NCBI GenBank assembly: GCA_951812855.1
Contig: OX638337.1
Location: 780,001 to 812,000, forward strand
Origin: an uncultured Lentisphaeria bacterium
Lineage (GTDB): Bacteria; Verrucomicrobiota; Lentisphaeria; JABSQK01; JAJFLO01
Length of the DNA stretch: 32,000 nucleotides
Reading direction: 5' to 3'
Shown: piece by piece, positions 1 to 9,856 of the stretch
Layout of the letters: each line of letters begins with the position of its first letter
How positions within the stretch are numbered: position 1 is the stretch's first letter
Program-made: the position numbers and the translations under genes
The notes under the pieces: model-generated
What the model was told of the DNA's origin: nothing
Databases searched by the model: none
What the model saw: only the letters and a program-made list of their open reading frames with translations

Positions 1-105
1 TTGCTCAGGACCAAACATTGCCCCGGATGCGATTCTAAATAATAAGCTGTAACATATTTGTCCTGCACCACCAGTAACGGCGACTCGTATTGTAGAACCA
101 GCCAT
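1..105 (-). CDS. mdh: malate dehydrogenase, first 35 codons (rest lies outside the window)
   Basis: The reverse complement of 1-105 reads [35 protein letters not shown]. This is the Rossmann GxGxxG N-terminus typical of LDH-like type-2 MDH. The ATG is at 103-105. Confidence 0.8.
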   Translation of the reverse strand, partial: MAGSTIRVAVTGGAGQICYSLLFRIASGAMFGPEQ

Positions 106-322
106 AACATTTCCTTTCAGTTTTTTATTCAGTCCCGGTCAAATATCTCTATGATACAACCGATATTTGTCGGTTATCCCGGTATTATAATTTAGTGCAT
201 AAAAAATTATTTTTTAGTCGCTGATTTTGTTCCATATTGAAAAAAAGTTTTGATTTAGTTGGTATAGTCGATAAATTCCCCTTTATCTGCCAATGCAAAA
301 AAAGTCAACGAAAACGACACTT

Positions 323-1897
323 TTATTGGTTGAACTTCGTTATCTCACGATCAAGTACCTGTTGAATATTTTCGGGAATTGTTGATCTGAAATACTGAAG
401 CATTCTGACTTTTAAATGTTGAAATTCTGGAAGCCCCCGGCGATTTATATCTGCTTCATTCGCCATTTTTGACATATAGTTTTTGTATACTTTTCGTGCT
501 AACATATCAAACCCATTTGCCCGTTCAATTTCGTGAAGACATATCGATTGATATGCTTTCAATATTAATGCCTGTATAGTTGACTGGGCATTTTCCAATG
601 ACATGTTATTAATATCCTTAGATAACTCATCAATGACAAATGCGGACAACGCTTTATTAAATCGACTTTTTTCTGAGATCTCCGGCATATCACGCAGTGA
701 CTCTAAATACTGCTCTGCCTTTTCTTTCAATCCAAACGTATAAAGAATAATGACTGCATCAATCATGAAATTTTCATAACCGGACAGGATATAATTACCG
801 GCACCATGCCGTTTCATTGTATCTGAATAAGCGTTGCGAACAGCATCACAAAGTGTGACATTAGGCATTGTATTAACTGTATTTGATCCATCAAAATAGA
901 GTAGTTTACCAGAATTAAACGCAGTCTTAAGACTTTGGAATATCATACGCTCACATTTGATATGAAGATCATTCTCTGCCAGTTTTAAACCCTGATGAGC
1001 CCAAAATAATGAATGTGATTCCGGTAAACGAAAATCTAAATAACCGTATTTTTCCAATACCGCTGAAACCAGAGCCGGGTCAAGCCGGTACTCGTCCCGG
1101 AGCCAGGTTGCCCGAAAATAATTGTCTGAAATTTTAAGAATATTCAATTCTCTTAATTTCAATGAAACAGAATCACTAAACTTCCCGTCCCTGCGAAAAT
1201 GAAGTGCTAATTGATCCAGCGTCAATTTTTCTTTAAATAGTATCTCTTCAAACGCAGACCGATTATTTTTTAACGCCAGTAAAAATTGATCAGAAGAGAG
1301 GGGGGCTAACGACAATTCATTCCAGAAATATTCATCTCCATCACCAATAATACGATGCATTTCTTTAGCTAAAGCAACCTTGTAGTACCGATTTGCATCA
1401 TCAAGTACCTGACCAATTTTATGTTGGTACAACCAGCCTAATTCCCAATATAATAAGGGATCGGATAAATTATAAGTCAACGCATTGTCCCTGAGGAGTT
1501 TTATCCCGTGATTTACCCATCGCCACCGATCTTCCGGTGCCTTACATACAACGGAAACATTATAGGCCATATTCCAGGCCAAAAATGAAGCCGCCCCTGT
1601 AAATCGCGGCTGAAGATTTACGATCCACTCTGAAAGCTGCACCATTTCAAAAAAATTTTCGCTATTTTTCTTGTTCTGCAATCTTAAGAAAAGAATATCT
1701 GCCAGCAATCCCCGAAATCCGCCCAGCATAATTGTAGTAACGACCATCATCGGAGGTGCATTTTCCAGGGGTTCAACTGTCGTTAATTTATTTTGAGTCC
1801 GGATGACATTCATTTTGGAGTGAATAGTAGAAATCAATCCCGGGAGTATCATCATAAAAATACATAAAATACAGAAATATTGTTTTGTCATCTTCAT
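323..1897 (-). CDS. hypothetical membrane-anchored, mostly helical protein (524 aa), function unknown
   Basis: Long uninterrupted ORF. It has a hydrophobic N-terminus (FCILCIFMMILPGLIS) and a second hydrophobic segment (MMVVTTIMLGGFRGLLADILFL). The rest is W/Y/L-rich and looks helical-repeat-like. I recognise no catalytic motif. Confidence 0.7.
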   Translation of the reverse strand: MKMTKQYFCILCIFMMILPGLISTIHSKMNVIRTQNKLTTVEPLENAPPMMVVTTIMLGGFRGLLADILFLRLQNKKNSENFFEMVQLSEWIVNLQPRFTGAASFLAWNMAYNVSVVCKAPEDRWRWVNHGIKLLRDNALTYNLSDPLLYWELGWLYQHKIGQVLDDANRYYKVALAKEMHRIIGDGDEYFWNELSLAPLSSDQFLLALKNNRSAFEEILFKEKLTLDQLALHFRRDGKFSDSVSLKLRELNILKISDNYFRATWLRDEYRLDPALVSAVLEKYGYLDFRLPESHSLFWAHQGLKLAENDLHIKCERMIFQSLKTAFNSGKLLYFDGSNTVNTMPNVTLCDAVRNAYSDTMKRHGAGNYILSGYENFMIDAVIILYTFGLKEKAEQYLESLRDMPEISEKSRFNKALSAFVIDELSKDINNMSLENAQSTIQALILKAYQSICLHEIERANGFDMLARKVYKNYMSKMANEADINRRGLPEFQHLKVRMLQYFRSTIPENIQQVLDREITKFNQ

Positions 1898-1978
1898 CGT
1901 TTTATAACATCTATTCTATATCGTTTATAAAAGACGCTTACGATTACAATTCGGATTGAACTGATAAGTTTTAATCGC

Positions 1979-1997
1979 AAAATCCAAAGCGGATTTT
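1979..1997 (-). terminator. candidate hairpin between the two membrane-protein genes
   Basis: AAAATCC-aaagc-GGATTTT forms a 7-bp stem about 50 nt downstream of the stop of the 2049-3326 gene. The flanks are T/A-rich on both strands. The stem is AT-rich and weak. Confidence 0.3.
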
Positions 1998-2048
1998 TGT
2001 TTATCAGAATTAAAAACTGATACTTAAATTAGTGTCTGTCTGTTTCTC

Positions 2049-3326
2049 TTATGCTCCTAATTCACGTTTTTGAAAAAAATAAGAACCGGTTAAAAAAATC
2101 AGCGTTCCATGAATCATAATTGTTTTTGCAAATACAATTGATATTTTGCTTAATTCAATGAATTCTCCCCTCATCAACAAGTCTGTTACGTAAAATTGTC
2201 TTAAATCAATAGTTGCATACCCAACTAACATTCGAATATGACAGGCAGCCTGGCTTAAAAAATTTAGAGAACCGGATATCTCTGGAAATGTTGAACGCAT
2301 GAACACAATTAAAACACCGATAATCAAATATGATGTTGCAAAGAAGATTGCCATCGGCAATGAAAACAGAGACCCGGCAGTGATACCAATGATTGAGCTA
2401 AAGATCAATTTAAAAAAAATCATCAGGACCATCCGAACATAATTATTCCCAAAAGAGCTTTTCGGAATAAATATAAAGGGCCCGTCAATCTGGGGGATCA
2501 ACATAGATTGAGTACCCTGGTCCTGATTTTCGTATCGAATTTTTAATTCGCCTGTACTACTCACAGCTTCTGCGGGCAATGATATTTCCTGAATTTTTCC
2601 TGTATGTACAACTAATGGGATAGGATAATACATCTTATCTAACGGATTATTTATCCACCATATCCCTTGTGTAGAACGCTGATCATCAGAATTTGGGCTG
2701 TTCAGATACATACGGTATCGAAGCTGGAGGGTATCATTTTTTTCAAGATTGGGTAACTTATTAAAATTCCATGTTTTAAATGTATAAATTGGAATTTCTA
2801 TTAAACGTTTTTGACCCTCTTCCAACTCGTCCCGGGCTGGCGTTGAAATGGTATTAGCCAACGGTGAATATCGTCGACTTGCTGTCAAAACGTTTTTCCT
2901 CAGTCTCTGAATGTCATGGTCCGGATAATTTTTACGATTTAACTTAGCAAAAAGAGTTAAACCAATCATGACAGAAATTAAACTTAACAAAACAAACTGC
3001 AGAAGACAAACTCCGGCTAATTTACCCAACAAAAATTGAACCTTCATAACGGGTTTACTCAGAACCATTTGAATCTGTTTTTTGTCAATATCCCCGGCCG
3101 CAACAAAACATCCAAGCCAAATCGCAGTAAATGCCAGCAGGTATCCGGTAAATGAAAATGTATATGAGACCAATATTTGAAAATATCCCACTGCGGTCCC
3201 GTCACCTTCCAACGATAGTATTAAAAAAACATTTCCAAACAAAATTACGATAAATACTAATTGAAAAATATGTGATCTTAAACACTTTTGAACAGTTAAA
3301 ATTGCAATCGAAACTAAAGAATTCAT
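2049..3326 (-). CDS. ABC-2-type permease-like multi-pass membrane protein with a large extracytoplasmic insert
   Basis: The ORF runs 2049-3365. I prefer the ATG at 3326 (MNSLVSIAILTVQKCLRSHIF...) because it avoids a 29-nt overlap with the upstream trmH-like gene. There are several hydrophobic spans. The motif AAGDIDKKQIQMVLSKPVMKVQFLLGKLAG resembles the E-x-GT...P-x-R...GK segment of ABC-2 permeases. A soluble loop of about 160 aa follows. No ATPase gene is adjacent. Confidence 0.6.
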   Translation of the reverse strand: MNSLVSIAILTVQKCLRSHIFQLVFIVILFGNVFLILSLEGDGTAVGYFQILVSYTFSFTGYLLAFTAIWLGCFVAAGDIDKKQIQMVLSKPVMKVQFLLGKLAGVCLLQFVLLSLISVMIGLTLFAKLNRKNYPDHDIQRLRKNVLTASRRYSPLANTISTPARDELEEGQKRLIEIPIYTFKTWNFNKLPNLEKNDTLQLRYRMYLNSPNSDDQRSTQGIWWINNPLDKMYYPIPLVVHTGKIQEISLPAEAVSSTGELKIRYENQDQGTQSMLIPQIDGPFIFIPKSSFGNNYVRMVLMIFFKLIFSSIIGITAGSLFSLPMAIFFATSYLIIGVLIVFMRSTFPEISGSLNFLSQAACHIRMLVGYATIDLRQFYVTDLLMRGEFIELSKISIVFAKTIMIHGTLIFLTGSYFFQKRELGA

Positions 3327-3336
3327 GATTCGCCGC

Positions 3337-4155
3337 TTACCTGTGACGCTGTCGGATGACTTCATACAGCATTATTGCAGCAGCATTTGCAACATTCAGA
3401 GAATCTGCATTTCCCAACATCGGGATAGAAACAGAATCATCAACCTCACTTAAAAAATCAGAACTGAGTCCATACTGTTCGCTGCCAACCACAATTGCCG
3501 CCGGACGTTTATAATCTGTCTCCCAATACATTTTCCCGGCTGCAGGAACAGCAGCAATGATTGCAATTTTCTGTGCTCTTAGAAAATGGATTACCTCCTG
3601 ATAACCGGACTCAACTACCGGAATCGAAAATATTACCCCTGTACTGGCTCGAATTACGTTTGGATTATTAATATCAGTTGTTTTATCACATACAACTACC
3701 CCGTCAACACCCACACCATCAGCTGACCGAATCATTGCACCCAAATTTCCGGGTTTCTCAATTGATTCCATAACGAGTAAGATTGGGCACCCTGAATTCA
3801 ATTCTATATCGGACAGATTATAGTTGATTGCATCTGCAACTCCAATTAAACCATCAGGTCGATCTCTATATGAAATTTTTTTGAATACTGCCGGAGATGT
3901 TTCAATCATTAACACCCCACTGCTCCCGGCCTTCGCCAGCAACTCAGGTTCATTATTACCTAAAAACATCTGAGAACAGTAAAACAGTGAATTGGGAAGA
4001 AAATTACTGTTGATTGCATGGGTTAATTCACGATATCCTTCAATTATTGTTTCCCCTGAAGAATCACGATATCTCCTGTCTTTAAGACGCACCACATGTT
4101 TTACTCTCTCATTTTGGGGACTTGACAAGAATAAATCTGCTGAAAATTCTGACAT
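3337..4155 (-). CDS. TrmH/SpoU-family RNA 2'-O-methyltransferase
   Basis: SpoU motifs are present: NLGAMIRSADGVGVDGVVV, IVVGSEQYGLS and SLNVANAAAIMLYE. The N-terminal region resembles a substrate-binding domain. Confidence 0.85.
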   Translation of the reverse strand: MSEFSADLFLSSPQNERVKHVVRLKDRRYRDSSGETIIEGYRELTHAINSNFLPNSLFYCSQMFLGNNEPELLAKAGSSGVLMIETSPAVFKKISYRDRPDGLIGVADAINYNLSDIELNSGCPILLVMESIEKPGNLGAMIRSADGVGVDGVVVCDKTTDINNPNVIRASTGVIFSIPVVESGYQEVIHFLRAQKIAIIAAVPAAGKMYWETDYKRPAAIVVGSEQYGLSSDFLSEVDDSVSIPMLGNADSLNVANAAAIMLYEVIRQRHR

Positions 4156-4388
4156 AATGTTAATAAAGTTTTTGGAGTGCCGATTAATTTATTCAAGGAA
4201 TTACTGTACCCTTTTGCCATTTCCATACAATTCAATGGTCTCAATAATTTATAATAGAAAATACGGGTAACTGGGCTATATTCTGCAAGTTATAGTAGAT
4301 ATAATCTGAAAAACTTTAGCCTTTTTTACAGCTATACCCTCGTGTTACTAAATTAAATATAGAGTAAAACATTCGCTGATTGCCACCG

Positions 4389-5249
4389 ATGAAAATATCC
4401 GAAATATTTAAGAAAAAAGACAAGACTTTCTCATTTGAATTTTTCCCGCCAAAAACAGATAAAGCGATGTCTGATCTGATCAATGCTGTTACGTCTTTGA
4501 AGGGAAATAATCCTGATTTTGTGTCCGTAACATATGGTGCAATGGGAACAACTCAAGATACAACTCTAAGCGTTATCGATATCATCCAAAATAAGCTCAA
4601 TCTTACAGCAATGTCGCATTTAACATGCGTTGGATCAACTGCACATCAAATTCAAACAACCCTCGATCAACTTAAGTCCATGAATATCGAAAACATCATG
4701 GCTCTCAGAGGGGATCCACCCGCTGGCAGCAATGAATTTATCTATACTCCCGGAGGATTTAGAAATGGTAGCGACCTTATCAAATTTATTAACGGTTCAG
4801 GTAATTTCTCTATCGGTGCAGCGGGATACCCCGAGGGACATATCGAGTCCGAAAGCCTTACCGACGATTTAAACTTTTTAAAATTAAAACAGGATAATGG
4901 TGCTGATTTTATAGTAACACAGCTCTTTCTTGATAATTCATATTACTACAATTTTCGGGAATCAGCACAAAACAAAGGCATTAATATACGATTAATTCCG
5001 GGGATAATGCCGGTCACCAATATCAAACAGATAAATAAATTTTCCGAGCTTTGCGGCTGTACTATACCGGCTCGCTTGAAAAAAAGTCTGGAACGGGTAA
5101 GAAATGATCCTGAATCAATACGAAAAATTGGCATTGAACATGCCATAAACCAGGGTAAAAATTTATTAGAAAACGGAGCACCGGGTCTCCATTTTTATAC
5201 CTTGAATAAATCTCCGGAAACTCAGGAGATATTTAAGGAGTTAATATAA
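4389..5249 (+). CDS. metF: 5,10-methylenetetrahydrofolate reductase
   Basis: FSFEFFPPKT, VTYGAMG, ALRGDPP and ADFIVTQLF are MetF hallmarks. I prefer the ATG at 4389 over the TTG at 4380. Confidence 0.9.
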   Translation: MKISEIFKKKDKTFSFEFFPPKTDKAMSDLINAVTSLKGNNPDFVSVTYGAMGTTQDTTLSVIDIIQNKLNLTAMSHLTCVGSTAHQIQTTLDQLKSMNIENIMALRGDPPAGSNEFIYTPGGFRNGSDLIKFINGSGNFSIGAAGYPEGHIESESLTDDLNFLKLKQDNGADFIVTQLFLDNSYYYNFRESAQNKGINIRLIPGIMPVTNIKQINKFSELCGCTIPARLKKSLERVRNDPESIRKIGIEHAINQGKNLLENGAPGLHFYTLNKSPETQEIFKELI

Positions 5250-5261
5250 GGAATTATAACA

Positions 5262-7973
5262 ATGAATAAAAGTGACCAGAATCCATTCGGATCTAAAATC
5301 TCTCTATATACATCAGATGGGAATGCATATATATATAGTTTACAAAAACTTATCAAAGAAAATGTTGGAAATGTTCAGCAACTCCCCTGTTCAATAAAAA
5401 TTCTTTTAGAGGCCATTCTGCGTAATGTTGACAATTACATTGTCAATGAAGCTGACGTTCATAAAATTGCTTCCTGGGATGCCGGGAAATCATCCGAAGA
5501 AGAAATTCCTTTTAAACCTGCAAGAGTAATTCTTCAGGATTTTACCGGAGTCCCTTCAGTAGTGGACCTGGCTGCAATGCGATCTGCAATGGCTCGTATG
5601 GGCGGAGATCCACAGAAAATAAACCCTGTTGTTCCCGTTAATCTGGTGATTGATCACTCCGTTCAGGTTGATGTATTTGGACAGGCAATGGCCTTAGAAC
5701 GAAATTCTGAAATTGAATTTGATCGAAATAAAGAGCGATATGAATTTTTACGCTGGGGCCAACAGGCATTTAATAACTTCCATGTCGTGCCCCCCGCCAG
5801 TGGAATCGTTCATCAGGTTAATTTGGAATACATTGCAAAATGTGTATGGAGTTCAACCAAAAATGGAGAGACAATTTTATATCCCGACAGTCTGGTCGGC
5901 ACCGACAGTCACACCACCATGATCAATGGTCTGGGAGTTGTGGGTTGGGGTGTCGGTGGTATAGAAGCAGAAGCTGTTATGTTAGACCAACCCATCTATA
6001 TGCTCATTCCAAACGTGGTTGGAGTACGGTTGTCAGGCCATCTGAAAGAAGGTGTAACTGCAACTGACCTGACGTTGACGATTACACAGTTACTCAGACA
6101 AAAAGGTGTCGTTGGTAAATTTGTCGAATTTTATGGACCGGGACTAAGCCGGATGACACTGCCTGATCGGGCAACCATAGCGAATATGGCACCTGAGTAT
6201 GGTGCGACTATGGGATTTTTCCCGGTTGATGATGAAACTCTAAATTATCTGCGTCGAACCGGAAGACCTTCTGATTTAATCGATACCGTTGAACGATACA
6301 CAAAAGAACAGGGATTATTCCGGTCTTCCGATACTCCCGACCCGGTATATTCGGAACAACTTGACGTGAATTTAGACGATATCGTCCCTTGTATTGCCGG
6401 GCCTAAACGGCCACAGGACCGGATTAAGCTCGAAGAGGTTAAGGTGAGTTTTGAGAAAGCACTGACAACTGCACCCGGTCCCCAAGGGTTTGGTATAGAC
6501 AAATCAGCACTCAGTAAATCAAGTACTGTCACTCAAAATGATTGTTCTGAAGAAATAAAACATGGATCCGTCGTTTTAGCAGCGATTACATCCTGTACGA
6601 ACACAAGTAATCCATCTGTGATGATTGCAGCAGGAATCCTGGCAAAAAAAGCCGCTGAACTTGGTCTTAAAGTTCCCGGTTATGTCAAAACAAGCATGGC
6701 TCCGGGATCAAGAGTTGTCACAAATTATTTAGACGATGCAAACCTTACTCCTTATCTTGAACAGCTTGGTTTCCATACTGTAGGATACGGTTGCACAACC
6801 TGTATCGGAAACAGCGGTCCGCTTCCTGAAGAAGTTGTAAAAGCGATTACCTCATCTGATTTAATCGTATCTGGTGTACTAAGCGGCAATCGAAATTTTG
6901 AAGGTCGAATTCATCCTTATATCAAAGCAAATTATCTCGCATCTCCTCCCCTGGTGATCGCCTATGCACTTGCCGGTACCATAAATATAGATATCGCACA
7001 GGATGCCATCGCAACCCGAGAAGATGGAACTGCGATTTATCTTAAAGACATTTGGCCGTTACAGAGTGAAATTATGGCCATATATGACAAGGCATTAAAT
7101 CCGGCATCATTTCACAAAGAATATGACGGCATTGAAACAAGGAATGAAAAATGGAATGCAATTCCTGCTACTCAAGAAGCATTATATAATTGGGATGAAA
7201 ATTCTACATACATTCAGGAACCTCCATTTTTTATTGATCTGGCTGTTGATCCAGAACCAATTCAACCAATCAAATACGCAAGTGTTCTTGTGAAAGTTGG
7301 AGATTCCGTTACAACCGATCATATCTCGCCTGCCGGTGCTGTTCCAGCAGATATGCCGGCGGCAAAATATTTGTCGGAGCGAAATATTGACCGCAAAAAC
7401 TTTAATTCATTTGGATCTCGCAGGGGAAATGACCGGGTTATGACACGAGGCACATTTGGAAATATTCGATTACGTAATCAACTTGCTCCCGGAACCGAAG
7501 GCGGTTGGACCCGTTACCTGCCGACGAATGAAGTCATGTCCATATTTGAAGCGAGCGAAAAATACAAAGCAGACGGTACACCTCTGATTGTATTGGCCGG
7601 CAAAGAATACGGAACCGGCTCAAGCCGGGATTGGGCTGCAAAAGGAACCCTGCTTTTAGGTGTCAAAGCAGTTTTAGCAGAAAGCTTTGAACGAATTCAT
7701 CGAAGTAATCTTGTCGGTATGGGAGTATTACCACTTCAATTTCAGGATGGCGAAAGCTCTGAGTCACTCGGTTTAACCGGGGAGGAAGCGATTACAATAA
7801 AAATTGATGACGACCTCAAACCACGTCAAAGAATCACTGTTCAAATTCATAACCAGGCAGATACAACCAAAAATATCTCTGTAATTTGCAGAATAGATAC
7901 ACCCGTTGAAGTCGATTATTTCAGAAATGGTGGAATTTTACAAACGGTTTTGAGAAAATTTCTTGACGATTAA
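5262..7973 (+). CDS. acnA: aconitate hydratase A
   Basis: The 903-aa protein has aconitase motifs ([40 protein letters not shown]) and a swivel domain containing SSRDWAAKG. Confidence 0.95.
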   Translation: MNKSDQNPFGSKISLYTSDGNAYIYSLQKLIKENVGNVQQLPCSIKILLEAILRNVDNYIVNEADVHKIASWDAGKSSEEEIPFKPARVILQDFTGVPSVVDLAAMRSAMARMGGDPQKINPVVPVNLVIDHSVQVDVFGQAMALERNSEIEFDRNKERYEFLRWGQQAFNNFHVVPPASGIVHQVNLEYIAKCVWSSTKNGETILYPDSLVGTDSHTTMINGLGVVGWGVGGIEAEAVMLDQPIYMLIPNVVGVRLSGHLKEGVTATDLTLTITQLLRQKGVVGKFVEFYGPGLSRMTLPDRATIANMAPEYGATMGFFPVDDETLNYLRRTGRPSDLIDTVERYTKEQGLFRSSDTPDPVYSEQLDVNLDDIVPCIAGPKRPQDRIKLEEVKVSFEKALTTAPGPQGFGIDKSALSKSSTVTQNDCSEEIKHGSVVLAAITSCTNTSNPSVMIAAGILAKKAAELGLKVPGYVKTSMAPGSRVVTNYLDDANLTPYLEQLGFHTVGYGCTTCIGNSGPLPEEVVKAITSSDLIVSGVLSGNRNFEGRIHPYIKANYLASPPLVIAYALAGTINIDIAQDAIATREDGTAIYLKDIWPLQSEIMAIYDKALNPASFHKEYDGIETRNEKWNAIPATQEALYNWDENSTYIQEPPFFIDLAVDPEPIQPIKYASVLVKVGDSVTTDHISPAGAVPADMPAAKYLSERNIDRKNFNSFGSRRGNDRVMTRGTFGNIRLRNQLAPGTEGGWTRYLPTNEVMSIFEASEKYKADGTPLIVLAGKEYGTGSSRDWAAKGTLLLGVKAVLAESFERIHRSNLVGMGVLPLQFQDGESSESLGLTGEEAITIKIDDDLKPRQRITVQIHNQADTTKNISVICRIDTPVEVDYFRNGGILQTVLRKFLDD

Positions 7974-8086
7974 ATTTAAATCCTTCGTATAAATACAGTA
8001 ATCCCAAACGGGAAATTTCCGGACAATCTGAAATCTTCTTTGAGATGGTATTGATTTTTTTTTTATAATTCTTTAGATTAAGGGTT

Positions 8087-8425
8087 GTGAAAAATAATAA
8101 ATACATTTCCAGCGTCATAAAAGACTATAGAGAAACTGTCTATAGCCTAAATCAAGCAGATTTAGCTGCTAAGTTCGGAATTACTCAAGGAACAACCAGT
8201 AAATGGGAATCAGGGGAAGGTTCAATAGATAAATTTTATTGGAATAAGCTTCTGGATTTAATTGGAAACGATCTTTTACAAGCAAAAGAGCGAGGTGATG
8301 ATGAATCGAACAGATACTGTCGAAGAATCTATAAAAAAAACTGCTCAACCCCTCAGGCCGGGAGATTAAAAAGACTCAAGTTCCGAAGAAAAACCCCGGC
8401 CGGCGGCGGAGTTCCGGGACCATGA
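8087..8425 (+). CDS. XRE-family helix-turn-helix protein (C-terminal tail doubtful)
   Basis: LNQADLAAKFGITQGTTSKWESGEG is a classic XRE HTH. The start is GTG, with AAGGG just upstream. The last ~30 codons (...QAGRLKRLKFRRKTPAGGGVPGP) run through a GC-rich hairpin element and look non-native. Confidence 0.55.
   Translation: MKNNKYISSVIKDYRETVYSLNQADLAAKFGITQGTTSKWESGEGSIDKFYWNKLLDLIGNDLLQAKERGDDESNRYCRRIYKKNCSTPQAGRLKRLKFRRKTPAGGGVPGP
8356..8403. repeat. GC-rich hairpin element A (short relative of element B at 9158-9395)
   Basis: GGCCGGG (8356-8362) pairs with CCCGGCC (8395-8401). Element A shares GCCGGGAG and tccga-AAAAACC-GGCC-GG motifs with element B, in the same order and orientation. 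Confidence 0.3.
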
Positions 8426-8552
8426 TTTATTGCAACTGAACAAGGACTGAGACCTGTAGGGAACTGAAATGAAAGAATACAACGCCGCGAATGCGACGTT
8501 AAAACATCAGAGAAAACCACAATCCAAAAAATAATAAAACCACGGAGGAAAT

Positions 8553-8966
8553 ATGAAAAAAGCAATCACCATCACATTTATACTGACCCTGTTACTTACT
8601 GCCGGGTGTGCAACCATGAATCAATCTGATAAAGATATACTCCGGGAGATTCAATCATATGGAATCCCTGCTAATGATCAAAGAATAAAAGATCCGGCAT
8701 TAGCAGGAGCTTTAAACGTCTTACCCGGCATTGGAAACTTTTATTTGGCGTCCGGCACGAATGATGATACAGGCCAATGGGTATATGGTTTTTTAAATCT
8801 CCTGTTTTACCCGGCTTCGATATTCTGGGGGGTTCCTCAAGCTATAATTGATGCTGATATAATAAATCAAAAGGAAACTGTCTATTATTACCGCTTCGAC
8901 AAAAGGGGTAAAATAAAACTGAAGAGGCTGAGAGCAGGTGGTAAAGATAATCTCCCGCTATTATAG
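8553..8966 (+). CDS. small lipoprotein, function unknown
   Basis: There is a GGAGG RBS and a signal peptide with a lipobox (LLLTAG-C). The mature part has two hydrophobic glycine-rich segments (LNVLPGIGNFYLA and WVYGFLNLLFYPASIFWG). Confidence 0.75.
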   Translation: MKKAITITFILTLLLTAGCATMNQSDKDILREIQSYGIPANDQRIKDPALAGALNVLPGIGNFYLASGTNDDTGQWVYGFLNLLFYPASIFWGVPQAIIDADIINQKETVYYYRFDKRGKIKLKRLRAGGKDNLPLL

Positions 8967-8992
8967 AATAACCAGAAAAAAGAGATCTCGAA

Positions 8993-9026
8993 TTCAGACG
9001 AAAATCAGCTTCAGACGAAAATCAGC
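8993..9026. repeat. perfect 17-bp tandem duplication (TTCAGACGAAAATCAGC x2)
   Basis: Read directly from the sequence: 8993-9009 and 9010-9026 are identical. Confidence 0.9.
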
Positions 9027-9157
9027 AAAATAATTATAGAAGCCGGAAAGAGTGGGGAATGCCTCTAAAAAAATGCAGGGAATAACCAGGACATTAATAC
9101 CCATAACCCTGATATTCTCTTCAGGCTGTGCTGTCACACAATAAAATTTAAAAAGAG

Positions 9158-9395
9158 ACATGACAGCCGGGAGGGGTCACCCACAAGCATACATTCAGAG
9201 AGAGAGAGACGGTTCCAGCCGCGGCCTGTGTGCGGCCGTAAATCTGTGGTTTTCGTTCTATAAAAACACTAAGAGACTCCAAACTGACTCCGTGTATCAA
9301 CAAGACTGGAATGATGGATTTAGCGTTTGCACATCCCAATACGAATCAGCAGCATGATGGCAATACTCCGACAAAAACCGGCCCGGACTGCATGT
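9158..9395. other. GC-rich ~238-bp element B bounded by imperfect inverted repeats (candidate MITE-like repeat or structured ncRNA)
   Basis: ACATGaCAGCCGGG (9158-9171) is complementary to CCCGGaCTGCATGT (9382-9395), giving 13 bp with two single-base bulges. The interior is much more GC-rich than its surroundings. There is an internal GC hairpin (GCCGC 9218-9222 with GCGGC 9232-9236), enclosed by CCACA 9181-9185 pairing with TGTGG 9245-9249, followed by TTTTCGTTCT. An (AG)6 run lies at 9197-9208. No convincing ORF is present. Confidence 0.35.
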
Positions 9396-9856
9396 GTTAA
9401 AAGCGTGTAAAAACGCAGCTTAATTTTAATGATTTTTATCAGATAATTTTCAATCATGAGAGGATTCAACGAGTTATATCTATCTGAAAAAAATGATTTT
9501 ATGTATTTTTATTAACCCTTAATCAAATCCCCCGGATGGAATTGATTCGTACCGAAAACCTGATAATCGCCATTTTTGCTCTACTATTTATTTATCATAA
9601 TATGAAGAGACTTTTCAATAAACTTCATGCATTTTTTATTATTCTGATTTTGGGATTCAGTCCGTTATATCTAAAACAAGGATTGGTCCAGCCATATTCC
9701 TGGCTGCAATAGCAACGATCAGTATATACCGGGATATAATCAGGCGTTTTCAGAAAATTCGTATAGATGCCGGGTAAATCCACATTCTAAATTCGCAAAA
9801 ATAAATTTAAATTCGAATGTTTTACTAGATACAACGTCAAAATAAGAACAAAGCTA

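Noticed and set aside
7974-8086. The GGAAATTTCC palindrome and T10 run after acnA as an intrinsic terminator.
   Set aside because: The palindrome cannot form a hairpin with a viable loop beyond 3-4 bp. The T-run is ~50 nt away from it, so support is insufficient.
9158-9395. Possible RNase P RNA on the minus strand. CAG-U-CCGGG together with CCCGGCUG mimics the P4 helix with its bulged U.
   Set aside because: The two strands form one continuous closing helix with the flanking ACATG/CATGT, with no P2/P3 between them. The region is only ~240 nt and lacks the GGUAAGGGUGAAAGGGUG and GAGGAAAGUCC conserved blocks. I also checked tmRNA (no GGGG...UCCACCA ends), cobalamin, TPP, ykkC and ZTP consensus words by eye and found no match.
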